Assembly (NCBI GenBank): GCA_942492025.1
Contig: CALODJ010000003.1
Coordinates: 451,841-515,840, forward strand
Length of the DNA: 64,000 nucleotides
Source of the DNA: an uncultured Gammaproteobacteria bacterium
GTDB taxonomy: Bacteria > Pseudomonadota > Gammaproteobacteria > SZUA-229
Direction: 5' to 3'
Shown piece after piece: positions 1-10,947 of this stretch. The position numbers were made by a program, and so were the translations under genes. Under the pieces are notes generated by a model. It had not been told where the DNA came from. It saw only the letters and a list, made by a program, of their open reading frames with translations, and ran no database searches. Position 1 is the stretch's first letter. Every line of letters starts with the position of its first letter.

Positions 1-179
1 CATGAGATCGTAGGGTGCGCCGTGCGCACCGTGAATCTTCAGTGTGCTGGGCTGCTTCGGTGCGCACGGCGCACCCTACGGCCGCTTCGCCCAGGCTATT
101 GCTACGCTTTTCGCTCCAGAGCGGCGCTTACGAATACGAATCCTGCGCCTGCTCCCGTGATCCTGGTGAGAAATGCGGG
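1..179. repeat. MITE copy 1, 5'-truncated by the window edge. It ends in the right TIR CCTGGTGAGAAATGCGGG and contains the REP-like palindrome GTAGGGTGCGCCGTGCGCACC...GGTGCGCACGGCGCACCCTAC.
   Basis: Near-identical to 304-489 and 30593-30899. It ends with the 18-bp sequence that is the reverse complement of the element's left end. Confidence 0.7.
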
Positions 180-183
180 CTAG

Positions 184-489
184 ACCGCATTTCTCACCAG
201 GCGGCTTGGAATACTGGTAAGGCATTGGTTTTCTGGAGTGAAGCTCGGATGATTAAAAATACAGTGTGTTTTCAAGCCTGCCTATCACGGTTCAGGCTGG
301 TCTTGGTTTGCATGAGATCGTAGGGTGCGCTGTGCGCACCGTGAATCTTCAGTGTGCTGGGCTGCTTCGGTGCGCACGGCGCACCCTACGGTCGCTTCGC
401 CCAGGCTATTGCTACGCTTTTCGCTCCAGAGCGGCGCTTACGAATACGAATCCTGCGCCTGCTCCCGTGATCCTGGTGAGAAATGCGGG
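184..489. repeat. MITE copy 2, full length (~306 bp), in tandem with copy 1 and separated from it by C-TA-G. It has TIRs (A/C)CCGCATTTCTCACCAGG / CCTGGTGAGAAATGCGGG and an internal REP palindrome.
   Basis: Direct sequence identity to 30593-30899, with perfect terminal inverted repeats and no credible ORF (the ORFs in the track lying inside it are spurious). Confidence 0.75.
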
Positions 490-813
490 TCTGGCCCGTA
501 TGTTGATCTGCTGTGGATAACTTTGGGGATAAAACCTGTGGGTTGTCCTGGCTCGATTGGCCTGGTCGAAGATCCTGAGTGCGTGCGCAGTTTGCCGAGT
601 CGTAAGAAAAATATTTTAAAACAATGGGTTATGTATAATATTCTTATATTTATTTTAAAATATACTGCGTAAGTCTTTGTTTATGTATTCCGCTGACCGT
701 ATATTGCACTTTGTGAATAACTCCTGCACCAGCCCGGATGTTGCACGGCGGACATGCAATGTTATGGATTAGTCGATATTTCAATCAGCTACGCACGAAT
801 TGACGGATTATGT

Positions 814-1536
814 CTAGCGGCCAATCGATTTCAACGCGTCCAGCTTGTTAATCGCTTCGTACGGGGTGTGCCGAATGCGGTCGTGTATATGCATTCTGTA
901 TTCGATAAAGTCCTCCGCTGCGTCAAAATGCAGAAATGGATTGCCGTCATACTGTGCATCCATCGTTGAAGTTGGGTGAGCGGGTGCGTAATTGTGCCCG
1001 GGATGGAGTATCGTGCGACCCGGCAACTCGGATTTGATGCGTTTTAATGTGTTAAACATGACTTCAGGATCGCCACCTTGCAAGTCACAGCGCCCACAAC
1101 CAAAGACAAACAGGGTGTCACCCGCAATCAGGTCATCACCGAGGTGGTAGCAGGCTGAGCCGGGTGTGTGGCCAGGTGTATGCAATATTTCGATTTCTGT
1201 ATCGCCAATACTGATGCTATCTCCTCCGTGATGCAGTCTGGGTTTAATCAGTGTCTTTCCCCAGAAACGGGCTTCAGATGTCAGTAAATGGATCTGGGCA
1301 TCAGTATGCTCGAGTACGGTTTCGATACCGTTTACATGGTCATGGTGGCTGTGGGTCAATAATATGTCTGTGATGCGAATACCTTTCTCATCGGCCAGTT
1401 TGAGTACGCGTTCAACATTCCAGGCAGGATCAACAATCGCTGCTGTATTGGTTGGGTGATCATGCAGGAGGTAGACAAAATTCTCCATCGGACCGAGTTC
1501 CACCGCATGAATTGTATAGTTGTTGGTTACTGCCAT
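814..1536 (-). CDS. MBL-fold metallo-hydrolase (metallo-beta-lactamase superfamily).
   Basis: THSHHDHVNG (HxHxDH) zinc-binding motif. The start is taken at MAVTNNY, preceded by a GGGGG RBS. Confidence 0.75.
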   Translation of the reverse strand: MAVTNNYTIHAVELGPMENFVYLLHDHPTNTAAIVDPAWNVERVLKLADEKGIRITDILLTHSHHDHVNGIETVLEHTDAQIHLLTSEARFWGKTLIKPRLHHGGDSISIGDTEIEILHTPGHTPGSACYHLGDDLIAGDTLFVFGCGRCDLQGGDPEVMFNTLKRIKSELPGRTILHPGHNYAPAHPTSTMDAQYDGNPFLHFDAAEDFIEYRMHIHDRIRHTPYEAINKLDALKSIGR

Positions 1537-1833
1537 TGCGTGCCCCCACAGCATGTGCCAGATATAAGATCTGAGTCGTAAATATTACACCATGCCAGGG
1601 ATGCATAGGCAGAGTTTACTATCACGGTTATAATCGACATTCGAGTCGAGTAGCACTTACTTAAGCCGAAAATGCAAATTTTTAAAGTAGATTCGTCATT
1701 GCGAGTTACGAAGCAATCTCTGGCTGACAGGCAACAGAGCCTGATAAATTGCCGCGCTCTCGCTCGCAATGACCTGAATAATGGCTTAAGTAAGTGCCAT
1801 TCGCATCCGATGCCTCATTTATTTACGTGACAG

Positions 1834-2280
1834 ATGAGCAAACGGCCTCATATCGGTGTTGGCGTCATGGTATGGCACGGTGACCGGCTTCTGCTGGGTA
1901 AACGGATCAGTAAACACGGTGAGAATGCCTGGCAATTTCCAGGCGGTCATCTGGAATTCGGTGAGACGGTGGAAACCTGTGCGCAGCGTGAAGTTTGTGA
2001 AGAGGCCGGAATATCGATACGTAACATCCTTCATTGTGGCTATACAAACGATGTTTTTATCGATGCGGACAAACACTATGTGACGTTATTTGTCAGCTCG
2101 GACTACGCATCGGGTGATCTCATGGTGATGGAACCGGATAAGTGCGAACAATGGCGCTGGTTCCACTGGAAACACCTGCCAGAACCGCTTTTCTTGCCAA
2201 TCAGAAACTACTTAAAACAGTGCCCTGATTTATATGCATTGCATCACGACCGGGATATTCAAGCAGGCGCGCGTAGATGA
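1834..2280 (+). CDS. Nudix hydrolase.
   Basis: Nudix box GGHLEFGETVETCAQREVCEEAGI (GX5EX7REUXEEXGU). Confidence 0.8.
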   Translation: MSKRPHIGVGVMVWHGDRLLLGKRISKHGENAWQFPGGHLEFGETVETCAQREVCEEAGISIRNILHCGYTNDVFIDADKHYVTLFVSSDYASGDLMVMEPDKCEQWRWFHWKHLPEPLFLPIRNYLKQCPDLYALHHDRDIQAGARR

Positions 2281-2641
2281 AATCCGCTAGCCATGGCGCT
2301 ATATGATCACTGGCACAGAGGAATCGGTGCGCCAGCACTGGTGCCGGGGTATCCTTCTTGTCCTGAGTGAAGAACGGTTCGAGTACCTGCGAGAAGCCCA
2401 ATATCAGCGCCGTTGCCTCGACTTGGGCAAAGCGTCCTTGTTCGAATCCGATCTCGTTGTTCCAGCTCAGTGAACGGCTGCAGCCTTGCTTGTTAAAGGT
2501 CAGGTGAAACCGTTCAGGCGCTCCCTCATTGAACCACACATACAGATCCATGTCTGAATCTGTAAAGAATCTGCGGTTTGCGTGACCAGCGTAATGACGG
2601 AATCCGGAAATTTCTGTAAGCATGGTGAAAACCTGGCGCAA
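2201..2641 (-). CDS. Hypothetical protein, convergent with the Nudix gene and overlapping its 3' end.
   Basis: A 146-aa ORF with no motif recognised. Whether it is coding is uncertain. Confidence 0.3.
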   Translation of the reverse strand: MRQVFTMLTEISGFRHYAGHANRRFFTDSDMDLYVWFNEGAPERFHLTFNKQGCSRSLSWNNEIGFEQGRFAQVEATALILGFSQVLEPFFTQDKKDTPAPVLAHRFLCASDHIAPWLADFIYARLLEYPGRDAMHINQGTVLSSF

Positions 2642-2760
2642 AATAATTAAATACGAGATGTTTTTTTCATTTATATATAATAAATATAACCCAATGAGCG
2701 GGCATGTTCTGTGAAGTAGTTCTACAATTGTGACATAAATATATAGCAGACAATTTCAAC

Positions 2761-5631
2761 ATGACCACCAAGATCAAACCTGGCATGCAGGAATTATGGG
2801 GCAGCTCTCAGCTGAATGGTGCGAGCGCGACCTGGTTAGAGTCACTCTATGAAGCCTATTTACGGAATCCCGCGACCGTCGATCTCGAATGGCGAAGTTT
2901 TTTCGACGATCTACCCACTGTAAAACCGCATGACGGCGGAAATGGTGCTGGCAGGGAGTTGCCGCATGACGAAATCAGAGACTATTTCAAAGCCATAGCC
3001 AATGAGCATCATGCGGTCCCGATAGCCACACCCAGTCATGACCTCGAGCTGGAACGCAAGCAGGTCCATGTGCTTCAATTGATCAATGCCTACCGTTTTC
3101 GTGGCCATCAACACGCGAATACCAATCCGCTCGGCAACGGGCAACAGGTCGATGTGCCCGAACTCGACATCGCATATCACCAGCTCAGCCAGGCCGATTT
3201 GAGTACAGTGTTCGAAACGGGGTCACTGGCCGGGCCGGAGACATTAACCCTCGGTGAGATCTACGGCAAGATCCGGGAAACCTATTGTGGGTCTATCGGT
3301 GCCGAGTACATGCACATCATGGAGACGGCGGAAAAACGCTGGATACAGCAACGACTTGAGCTGACCAGAGGCAGGATCGAATTGTCCTTTGCTGAAAAAA
3401 TAAATATTCTGCAACAACTCACCAATGCGGAAGGTCTGGAGACATACTTGCATACCAAGTATGTTGGCCAGAAACGATTTTCACTGGAAGGTGGAGAGTC
3501 ATTGATCCCTCTGCTGGATGAGCTTGTTATGCATGCCGGTGCTCAAGGTGTCAAGGAAGTTGTGATTGGTATGGCGCACCGTGGTCGCCTGAACGTACTC
3601 ATCAATATACTGGGCAAAACACCGGCCGAACTGTTTGCGGAATTCGAAGGTACCAAGGATATTCAGGAACTGACAGGTGATGTCAAATACCATCTTGGCT
3701 TTGCATCTAACATGCGGTCGCGCGGCGGCCCTGTTCATCTCGCGCTCGCCTTCAATCCTTCCCATCTTGAGATTGTGTCACCCGTAGTGGAAGGTTCGGT
3801 ACGCGCACGTCAGTGGCGTCGTGGTGATGCTGAAGGTGTTGAAGTCATACCCGTACAGATTCATGGTGATGCCGCCTTTTCAGGTCAGGGCGTGGTGATG
3901 GAATCACTGCAGATGTCACAATCCAGAGGATTCTCCACAAAAGGCACAATACACATCATCATCAACAACCAGATTGGCTTCACAACCAGCTATCAGAAAG
4001 ATGCACGCTCAACACACTACTGCACTGATGTTGCAAAAATGGTTGATGCGCCTATCTTTCATGTCAATGGTGATGATCCTGAAGCGATCATAATGATTAC
4101 CCGGCTTGCCATCGATTACCGTATGACCTTCAAGAAAGATGTCGTGATCGATATGGTTTGCTACCGGCGTCATGGTCATAATGAGGCAGACGAACCCAAG
4201 GCTACTCAGCCGATGATGTACAAAAAAATCGCCAGCCTGCCCACGACGCGTGCGATCTATGTGAAACAGCTTGTTGGAGAAGGTTTATTGCGGCAACATC
4301 AGGCTGATGAAGTTCAGATGAATGCGCGCAAGGCACTGGAGTCGGGACGATGTGTATTGCCACACAAGTTACCGAATGGCAGTCCTGATAAGACCATGCA
4401 CATGGACTGGAAACCATACACCAAGGCCTCTGTGCTGGAAGATGTTGAAACCGGTGTGCCAATAGAAACGATTCGTAAGCTGGCTGCGACCTTGCAGCAA
4501 TTGCCCGAGGGCTTTACCTTACAGGGCCGTGTTCAGAAAATCATGGACGATCGACACCGCATGACAGCAGGCGCTCTGCCGCTGGACTGGGGGTATGCAG
4601 AGATCATGGCATATGCGACACTGGTCAATGATGGCTATCCGGTCCGCCTGGCTGGCCAGGACAGCGGCCGTGGCACCTTCTTCCATCGGCATGCGGTACT
4701 GCATAATCAAACAGACGGGGTCGCCTTTGTGCCTTTGCGCAGCATCGGCAAGGGAAAGAACAACTTTCTCGTGATCGATTCGCTGTTGTCTGAGCTGGCC
4801 GTGCTCGCCTTCGAATATGGCTTTGCTACGGCAGATCCGAGTGTGCTGGCAATATGGGAAGCCCAGTTTGGTGATTTTGCCAATGGAGCGCAGGTGGTCG
4901 TTGATCAATTCATTTCGGCAGGTGAGCATAAATGGGGCAAAGCCTGTGGTCTGGTGATGCTGTTGCCGCATGGCTTTGAAGGACAGGGCGCCGAGCATTC
5001 GTCGGCACGCATTGAACGCTACCTGCAGCTCTGTTCAGGGAATAATATGCAGGTATGTGTGCCCAGTGCGCCTGCACAAATGTTTCATTTACTGCGCCGA
5101 CAGATGGTGCGCAATTGCAGAAAACCGCTGATCGTGATGACACCAAAGAGCCTGTTGCGACACAAGGAATGCACCAGCTCACTGGATGATCTCAGCACGG
5201 GTTACTTTCAGCGTGTATTACCCGAAGTGGATGATATTAATCCTGCGGAAGTGAAACATATCGTTCTTTGTAGTGGCAAGATATATTATGAGCTGTTGAG
5301 CAAGCGCAGAAGTGCGAATCATGCGGATTTTGCTATTTTAAGGGTAGAACAGTTGTATCCGTTTCCTGGGCCGGAACTGAATGAATTGCTCAAACCTTAC
5401 ACCCACGCCAAAGATTTACTCTGGGTTCAGGAAGAGCCAAAGAACCAGGGCGCCTGGGATTTTGTAAAACCACGGATACCGGCAATGTTAAATAAAGCGT
5501 GGAATTTGCATTATATTGGCCGCGAATCTTCAGCGGCTCCGGCCGTTGGATCGGCAAAACTGCACGCTGTGCAACAGCGCGAGCTGATTGACAGGGTTAT
5601 GCATTTTAACAACAAGAAGAATGAACAGTAG
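2761..5631 (+). CDS. sucA: 2-oxoglutarate dehydrogenase E1 component.
   Basis: It is 956 aa, with the characteristic N-terminus MQELWGSSQLNGASATWLESLYEAYL and ThDP-enzyme motifs. Confidence 0.95.
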   Translation: MTTKIKPGMQELWGSSQLNGASATWLESLYEAYLRNPATVDLEWRSFFDDLPTVKPHDGGNGAGRELPHDEIRDYFKAIANEHHAVPIATPSHDLELERKQVHVLQLINAYRFRGHQHANTNPLGNGQQVDVPELDIAYHQLSQADLSTVFETGSLAGPETLTLGEIYGKIRETYCGSIGAEYMHIMETAEKRWIQQRLELTRGRIELSFAEKINILQQLTNAEGLETYLHTKYVGQKRFSLEGGESLIPLLDELVMHAGAQGVKEVVIGMAHRGRLNVLINILGKTPAELFAEFEGTKDIQELTGDVKYHLGFASNMRSRGGPVHLALAFNPSHLEIVSPVVEGSVRARQWRRGDAEGVEVIPVQIHGDAAFSGQGVVMESLQMSQSRGFSTKGTIHIIINNQIGFTTSYQKDARSTHYCTDVAKMVDAPIFHVNGDDPEAIIMITRLAIDYRMTFKKDVVIDMVCYRRHGHNEADEPKATQPMMYKKIASLPTTRAIYVKQLVGEGLLRQHQADEVQMNARKALESGRCVLPHKLPNGSPDKTMHMDWKPYTKASVLEDVETGVPIETIRKLAATLQQLPEGFTLQGRVQKIMDDRHRMTAGALPLDWGYAEIMAYATLVNDGYPVRLAGQDSGRGTFFHRHAVLHNQTDGVAFVPLRSIGKGKNNFLVIDSLLSELAVLAFEYGFATADPSVLAIWEAQFGDFANGAQVVVDQFISAGEHKWGKACGLVMLLPHGFEGQGAEHSSARIERYLQLCSGNNMQVCVPSAPAQMFHLLRRQMVRNCRKPLIVMTPKSLLRHKECTSSLDDLSTGYFQRVLPEVDDINPAEVKHIVLCSGKIYYELLSKRRSANHADFAILRVEQLYPFPGPELNELLKPYTHAKDLLWVQEEPKNQGAWDFVKPRIPAMLNKAWNLHYIGRESSAAPAVGSAKLHAVQQRELIDRVMHFNNKKNEQ

Positions 5632-5646
5632 AAGGCAAGCAAAATA

Positions 5647-6927
5647 ATGTCAGTAGAAATCAGAGTCCCGGCCTTACCCGAATCCGTTGCTGATGCCGTT
5701 ATTGCTGGCTGGCATAAACAGGCAGGTGATACGGTAGCTCAGGATGAAACCTTGGTGGATCTTGAAACAGACAAGGTCGTTCTTGAAGTGCCTGCTATCA
5801 GTAATGGGATTATCAAACAAATTTATTTCAACGTCGGCGATACGGTCACGGCCGACCAGGTGCTGGCTGTCATCGATGAAACGGCTTCGGTAGAAACCAC
5901 AACACGAACGGACGTTCTCAGTGAAACCCGTTCGGCTCAAGCGTTAACAACAAAAGACGCCGGAGAGAAAGTGGTGGAGCTAAAAACTGAGTTGTCAGAC
6001 AGGATTCCGATCAGCCCTTCAGCGAGAAAACTGATGGCAGAAAATCATATTGACTCGTCATCCGTCCACGGTAGTGGTAGCGGTGGGCGCGTGCTCAAGG
6101 AAGATGTCGTTGCGTTTCTGCACAACAGGCAACAGCCCGAGGTGGTCGAGAAAACCTCCAGAGCACCTTCAGCTCGCGAGCCGCGTGTACAAGAGGATGC
6201 ACTGGTTGAGATCGGCGGCACAGCAGGGCGCATAGAGAGAAGAGTGCCGATGACACGGTTGCGTGCGCGTATCGCCGAACGCCTGCTGGATGCGCAGCAC
6301 AATGCGGCCATACTGACCACATTCAACGAAGTCAACATGAAGTCGGTGATGGATTTGCGTGCACGTCACAAGGAAGCCTTTGAAAAAGAATACGGGGTAA
6401 AGCTGGGCTTTATGTCTTTCTTTGTCAAAGCCTCAGTAGAGGCGCTGAAAAAGTTTCCTGCAGTCAACGCCTCGATTGACGGTAATGATATCGTTTATCA
6501 TGGATTCTATGATATAGGGATTGCAGTGTCGGGACCGGGTGGCCTGGTCGTACCGATATTGCGCAATGCTGAGGATATGACCCTTGCTCAGATTGAGCAG
6601 ACTATAATCGACTATGCCAACAAGGCTAATGACAATACACTATCAATTGACGATATCACGGGCGGTACCTTTACAATTTCCAATGGTGGTGTATTCGGCT
6701 CGATGCTGTCCACTCCGATTCTGAATCCGCCCCAGAGCGCAATTCTTGGTATGCATACCATCAAGGAAAGGGCTATGGTTGTTGATGGGGAGGTCAAAGC
6801 CTTGCCAGTCATGTATCTTGCACTATCCTATGATCACAGAATCGTCGATGGTCGCGAAGCTGTGCAGTTTCTTGTCACGATCAAGGATATGCTGGAAGAA
6901 CCGTCACGCATGTTGCTCGGCATATAA
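5647..6927 (+). CDS. sucB: Dihydrolipoyllysine-residue succinyltransferase (E2 of 2-oxoglutarate dehydrogenase).
   Basis: Lipoyl domain [11 protein letters not shown] and a catalytic domain ending in [14 protein letters not shown]. Confidence 0.95.
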   Translation: MSVEIRVPALPESVADAVIAGWHKQAGDTVAQDETLVDLETDKVVLEVPAISNGIIKQIYFNVGDTVTADQVLAVIDETASVETTTRTDVLSETRSAQALTTKDAGEKVVELKTELSDRIPISPSARKLMAENHIDSSSVHGSGSGGRVLKEDVVAFLHNRQQPEVVEKTSRAPSAREPRVQEDALVEIGGTAGRIERRVPMTRLRARIAERLLDAQHNAAILTTFNEVNMKSVMDLRARHKEAFEKEYGVKLGFMSFFVKASVEALKKFPAVNASIDGNDIVYHGFYDIGIAVSGPGGLVVPILRNAEDMTLAQIEQTIIDYANKANDNTLSIDDITGGTFTISNGGVFGSMLSTPILNPPQSAILGMHTIKERAMVVDGEVKALPVMYLALSYDHRIVDGREAVQFLVTIKDMLEEPSRMLLGI

Positions 6928-6932
6928 GGAAG

Positions 6933-6960
6933 CCCTGAATAATTCCATCCGGGAATTATC
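6933..6960 (+). terminator. Possible intrinsic terminator after sucB.
   Basis: The inverted repeat GAATAATTCC..GGAATTAT is followed by a T-rich tract. Confidence 0.3.
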
Positions 6961-7119
6961 AGAGCACGAAAAATAAGAATGCGATTTTTATTTTTCTTCG
7001 TTTGAAATCATATATGTGATGGCAAACGGCGGCACATCCATGTGCCGCACGGAAAATCTGAATAAATCAGAGTTTCCATAAATAGATAAACTAAACAAGC
7101 TGTTTTTTGCAGGTGTGAA

Positions 7120-8553
7120 TTGAGTAAAAATACATACGATGTTGTTGTTATCGGGGCCGGGCCGGCTGGCTATGTGACTGCGATCCGATGCGCGCAGTTG
7201 GGTATGAACGTAGCTTGTGTCGATGAATGGCTGAATCGTAAAGGTGAGCCATCCCTGGGTGGCACCTGCCTGAATGTTGGTTGTATACCCTCCAAGGCAT
7301 TGCTCGAATCATCCCATTTGTTTGCGATGGCCACCAATGATTTTTCTCAGCACGGAATCACCGTAAAGAGTCTCAAGGCTGATATTGAAACAATGAATGC
7401 CCGCAAGGACAGGGTCGTCAGTGAATTGACACAGGGTATCGCTACCTTGTTCGAGGCCAACAAGATCACACTGATACACGGTCATGCGCGTCTGGCACCC
7501 GGTAAGATCGTGAATGTGTCAAACCGGGGTGAGAGTAAGACAAGAGAATCGCTTAAAGCGGACAATATAGTCATCGCCGCAGGATCTTCGCCTGTCAGTC
7601 TTGAACGCGCGCCGAGAACCGAGGATTATATTTTTGATTCTGCGGGCGCTCTCGAATTTGATTCTGTGCCCAAATCACTGGGTGTGATCGGTGCCGGTGC
7701 GATCGGACTGGAACTCGGAAGCGTCTGGTCGCGCCTGGGGTCAGACGTGGTGCTGCTGGAAGCTATGGACACTTTTCTGATGGCGGCGGACAAGCAAATA
7801 TCGCGGGCCGCTTTCAGGTCATTTCAACAGCAAGGGCTCGATATCCGACTCAACGCCCGCTTACTGTCCACCTCAGTCAAGCAGAAAAAAGTACATGTTA
7901 CCTATGAAGATACGCGCGGTGCTCAGCAGATAAAGTTTGACAGACTCATCGTCGCGGTTGGCCGAAAACCGAACAGTGATCATTTGTTTGGTGCCGAGAT
8001 GCGAATCGAGATCGATGAGCGTGAGTATATTCATGTCAATGATTACTGCGAAACCAGTGTACCGGGCATCTATGCAATCGGCGACATCGTGCGTGGTCCG
8101 ATGCTGGCCCACAAGGGATCGGAGGAGGGTGTCATGGTCGCTGAACGGATTGCAGGCCAGAAATCAAGCGTGAACTATGATCTGATCCCGGCAGTGATCT
8201 ATACACATCCGGAAGTGGCCTGGGTCGGTAAGACAGAACATGCCTGCAATACTGCCGGCATCCCTGTGAATGTTGGTACGTTTCCGCTGGCAGCCAGCGG
8301 TCGTGCCAAAGCGATGGCCGCTACCGACGGTCTGGTGAAGATTATCGCGCACAAGGAAACAGACCGGATTGTCGGTGTCCACATTTGCGCGTCGCAGGCG
8401 TCTGAACTGATTGCCCAGGCTGTGGTTGCGATGGAAATGGGCGCGAGTTCTGAGGACCTGGCGCTGACCATGTTTGCGCACCCAACGTTGTCTGAGTCGG
8501 TCCATGAGGCAGCGCTGGCGGTGCACAAGCGGGCCATACATATCAAGAATTAA
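7120..8553 (+). CDS. lpdA: Dihydrolipoyl dehydrogenase (E3), with a probable TTG start.
   Basis: FAD-binding motif VVVIGAGPAGY and the redox-active disulfide GGTCLNVGCIPSK. Confidence 0.93.
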   Translation: MSKNTYDVVVIGAGPAGYVTAIRCAQLGMNVACVDEWLNRKGEPSLGGTCLNVGCIPSKALLESSHLFAMATNDFSQHGITVKSLKADIETMNARKDRVVSELTQGIATLFEANKITLIHGHARLAPGKIVNVSNRGESKTRESLKADNIVIAAGSSPVSLERAPRTEDYIFDSAGALEFDSVPKSLGVIGAGAIGLELGSVWSRLGSDVVLLEAMDTFLMAADKQISRAAFRSFQQQGLDIRLNARLLSTSVKQKKVHVTYEDTRGAQQIKFDRLIVAVGRKPNSDHLFGAEMRIEIDEREYIHVNDYCETSVPGIYAIGDIVRGPMLAHKGSEEGVMVAERIAGQKSSVNYDLIPAVIYTHPEVAWVGKTEHACNTAGIPVNVGTFPLAASGRAKAMAATDGLVKIIAHKETDRIVGVHICASQASELIAQAVVAMEMGASSEDLALTMFAHPTLSESVHEAALAVHKRAIHIKN

Positions 8554-8555
8554 AC

Positions 8556-8595
8556 ACGATAGTTCGAACTGTGTGCGCATTATCGTGTTTACCTG
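8556..8595 (+). terminator. Hairpin after lpdA.
   Basis: Inverted repeat AAACACGATA ... TATCGTGTTT. Confidence 0.35.
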
Positions 8596-8697
8596 CGAGT
8601 ATCTGCTATCGTAGGCATTGTGATAACCGGCGGCCTGCTTACTGCTTCGGCTATATCAATATTGACTTATTAGAACATCAGGTAACAGATAACAAAA

Positions 8698-9867
8698 ATG
8701 AACCTGCACGAATTTCAGTCCAAACAAGTTTTCAACCAATATGGCTTACCGGTACCCAATAATCGTGTGGTAACGACGTCTGCAGATGCTGCAGCCGCAG
8801 CCAGCGCACTGGATGGTGACAGCTGGGTGGTCAAGGCGCAGATACACGCCGGTGGTCGGGGCAAGGCCGGTGGTGTCAAACGCGTCGATGATGTCGAGAC
8901 GCTGACACATGCTGTTGGCGCTATGCTTGGATCGCGCCTGGTCACGATCCAAACCGGCGAGCAGGGGCAACCGGTCAACCGTGTATTGATAGAAGAGACC
9001 TGCAATATCGCCCGCGAACTCTATCTGGGTGCCGTAATCGATCGTTCATCGAGGCGCGTGGTGTTGATGGCTTCGACCGAGGGCGGCGTCGAGATTGAAA
9101 AAGTGGCCGCCGAGACACCAGAGAAAATACTTAAAACGAAGATCAATCCGTTGACGGGACTGCAGCCCTATCAGGGCAGGGAGCTTGCCTTTGGTCTGGG
9201 GCTGGAGGGCGCCCAGATCAAACAGTTTGGAAATTTGCTTTCCGGTCTGGCGACCCTGTTCATTGAAAAAGATCTCAGCCTGGTTGAAGTCAACCCGCTG
9301 GTGGTCACCCATGAAGGCGATCTGTTGTGTCTCGATGCCAAAATCAATATTGATGACAACGCGCTGTTCAGACAGTCAGCCTTGCTCGAGATGCGTGACA
9401 CCTCCCAGGAAGATGAACGCGAAAACCGTGCCAAGGAATGGGACCTCAATTATATATCACTGGATGGCGATATCGGCTGTATGGTCAATGGTGCAGGATT
9501 GGCGATGGCGACCATGGACCTGATCAAGCTTTGTGGGGGAGAGCCTGCCAACTTTCTCGATGTTGGTGGGGGTGCGACCAAAGAGCGTGTATCGGAGGCC
9601 TTCAAGATCATACTCTCCGACACCAACGTAAAAGGTATCCTGGTGAATATCTTCGGCGGTATCGTGCGCTGCGATCTGATCGCCGAAGGGATCATTGGCG
9701 CAGTCGAAGAGGTGCATGTCAATGTGCCGGTTGTCGTCCGGCTTGAAGGCAACAACGCGGAACGAGGTAGCCAGCTGCTGGATGACAGCGGTCTTAATCT
9801 GATCGCAGCCAATGATCTGACCGATGCGGCACAAAAAATTGTTGCTGAAACAGGAAAGCTGTCATGA
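8698..9867 (+). CDS. sucC: Succinyl-CoA ligase (ADP-forming) beta subunit.
   Basis: N-terminus [12 protein letters not shown] with an ATP-grasp domain. Its stop overlaps the sucD start (ATGA). Confidence 0.95.
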   Translation: MNLHEFQSKQVFNQYGLPVPNNRVVTTSADAAAAASALDGDSWVVKAQIHAGGRGKAGGVKRVDDVETLTHAVGAMLGSRLVTIQTGEQGQPVNRVLIEETCNIARELYLGAVIDRSSRRVVLMASTEGGVEIEKVAAETPEKILKTKINPLTGLQPYQGRELAFGLGLEGAQIKQFGNLLSGLATLFIEKDLSLVEVNPLVVTHEGDLLCLDAKINIDDNALFRQSALLEMRDTSQEDERENRAKEWDLNYISLDGDIGCMVNGAGLAMATMDLIKLCGGEPANFLDVGGGATKERVSEAFKIILSDTNVKGILVNIFGGIVRCDLIAEGIIGAVEEVHVNVPVVVRLEGNNAERGSQLLDDSGLNLIAANDLTDAAQKIVAETGKLS

Positions 9868-10736
9868 GCGTACTCGTCAACAAGAACACCCGGGTGATAT
9901 GCCAGGGCTTTACCGGCAAGCAGGGCACCTTCCATTCCGAGCAGGCAATCGCCTATGGCACACAGATGGTTGGCGGCGTTACCCCGGGCAAGGGTGGACA
10001 GACACATCTGGATTTGCCGGTATTCAACACGGTGCGTCAGGCGGTCGAGCAAACCGGGGCAACGGCTTCGGTGATTTATGTGCCTGCAGCCTTCTGCAAG
10101 GATTCCATGCTCGAGTCCATCGATGCCGGCATCGAACTGGTGGTGTGTATTACCGAAGGTGTTCCCACACTGGATATGCTGCAGGTAAAGATGGTTGCCG
10201 ACAGCGCTGGCGTGACCATCATCGGGCCCAACTGTCCCGGTATTATTACACCAGGCGAGTGCAAGATAGGCATCATGCCTGGCGCAATTCACAGCAAGGG
10301 CAAAGTCGGTGTGGTTTCGCGTTCGGGTACGCTCACCTATGAAGCGGTTAAGCAAACCAGCGATCCCGGTTATGGTCAGAGCACCTGTATTGGTATCGGT
10401 GGCGACCCGATTCCGGGCACCAGTTTCATCGATTGTCTGAAGCTGTTCGAAGCCGATGAACAAACCGAAGCCATATTGATGGTTGGCGAGATCGGCGGCA
10501 CCGCTGAAGAGGAAGCGGCCGAGTTCATTCAATCTGAAATCAGCAAGCCGGTCGCCGCCTTCATTGCCGGTGGCACGGCACCCAAGGGCAAGCGTATGGG
10601 TCACGCCGGGGCGATTATCGCTGGCGGTAAAGGAACGGCGGCAGATAAATTTGCCGCGCTGGAAAAAGCCGGTGTCACCACCGTGCGTTCACCGGCGGAG
10701 CTGGGTAAGGGTATCGCAGAGGCGGCGGGTTGGTAA
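9864..10736 (+). CDS. sucD: Succinyl-CoA ligase alpha subunit.
   Basis: [22 protein letters not shown] and the active-site region around GHAGAII. Confidence 0.95.
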   Translation: MSVLVNKNTRVICQGFTGKQGTFHSEQAIAYGTQMVGGVTPGKGGQTHLDLPVFNTVRQAVEQTGATASVIYVPAAFCKDSMLESIDAGIELVVCITEGVPTLDMLQVKMVADSAGVTIIGPNCPGIITPGECKIGIMPGAIHSKGKVGVVSRSGTLTYEAVKQTSDPGYGQSTCIGIGGDPIPGTSFIDCLKLFEADEQTEAILMVGEIGGTAEEEAAEFIQSEISKPVAAFIAGGTAPKGKRMGHAGAIIAGGKGTAADKFAALEKAGVTTVRSPAELGKGIAEAAGW

Positions 10737-10842
10737 AGAGTTATTCACCACAGAGGCACAGAGGACGCAAAGATCATTCTTGGGTCCGCAAAAGAACGCC
10801 AATCAACGCAAATAATAGTAGTGTTGAATCTGCAGTGACACC

Positions 10843-10918
10843 GTAGGGTGCGCCGTGCGCACCCTGTTGCCAAATTCTCACTCACCGGGCTGATTTCGGT
10901 GCGCACGGCGCACCCTAC
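10843..10918. repeat. REP-like palindromic element (GTAGGGTGCGCCGTGCGCACC ... GGTGCGCACGGCGCACCCTAC).
   Basis: A perfect inverted repeat lying between convergent genes. The same unit occurs at 16101-16176, at 16879-16945 and inside each MITE. Confidence 0.8.
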
Positions 10919-10947
10919 AAAACTTTAGTCCTATGCGTCTTTGCGGT

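Noticed and set aside
1-489. The tandem repeat at the window start as a possible CRISPR array.
   Set aside because: There are only two long (~300 bp) units with no short repeat-spacer periodicity, and the units have TIRs. It is a MITE tandem, not CRISPR. No cas genes are present in the window.
15-672. The six-frame track gives ORFs of 84-126 aa inside the MITE copies (15-323, 266-520, 325-672, 30634-30903, 30735-31115). Their translations are near-identical to each other.
   Set aside because: They lie entirely within non-coding repeat units whose TIRs and REP palindromes define them. The identical translations simply reflect repeat identity, and there is no RBS or protein motif.
495-700. Chromosomal replication origin.
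   Set aside because: There is a single perfect DnaA box and an AT tract, but no box cluster and none of dnaA/dnaN/gidA nearby. It is kept only as a low-interest note.
9450-10604. 384-aa ORF antisense to sucC/sucD.
   Set aside because: sucC and sucD on the opposite strand are unambiguous. The antisense ORF is a GC-rich frame artefact.
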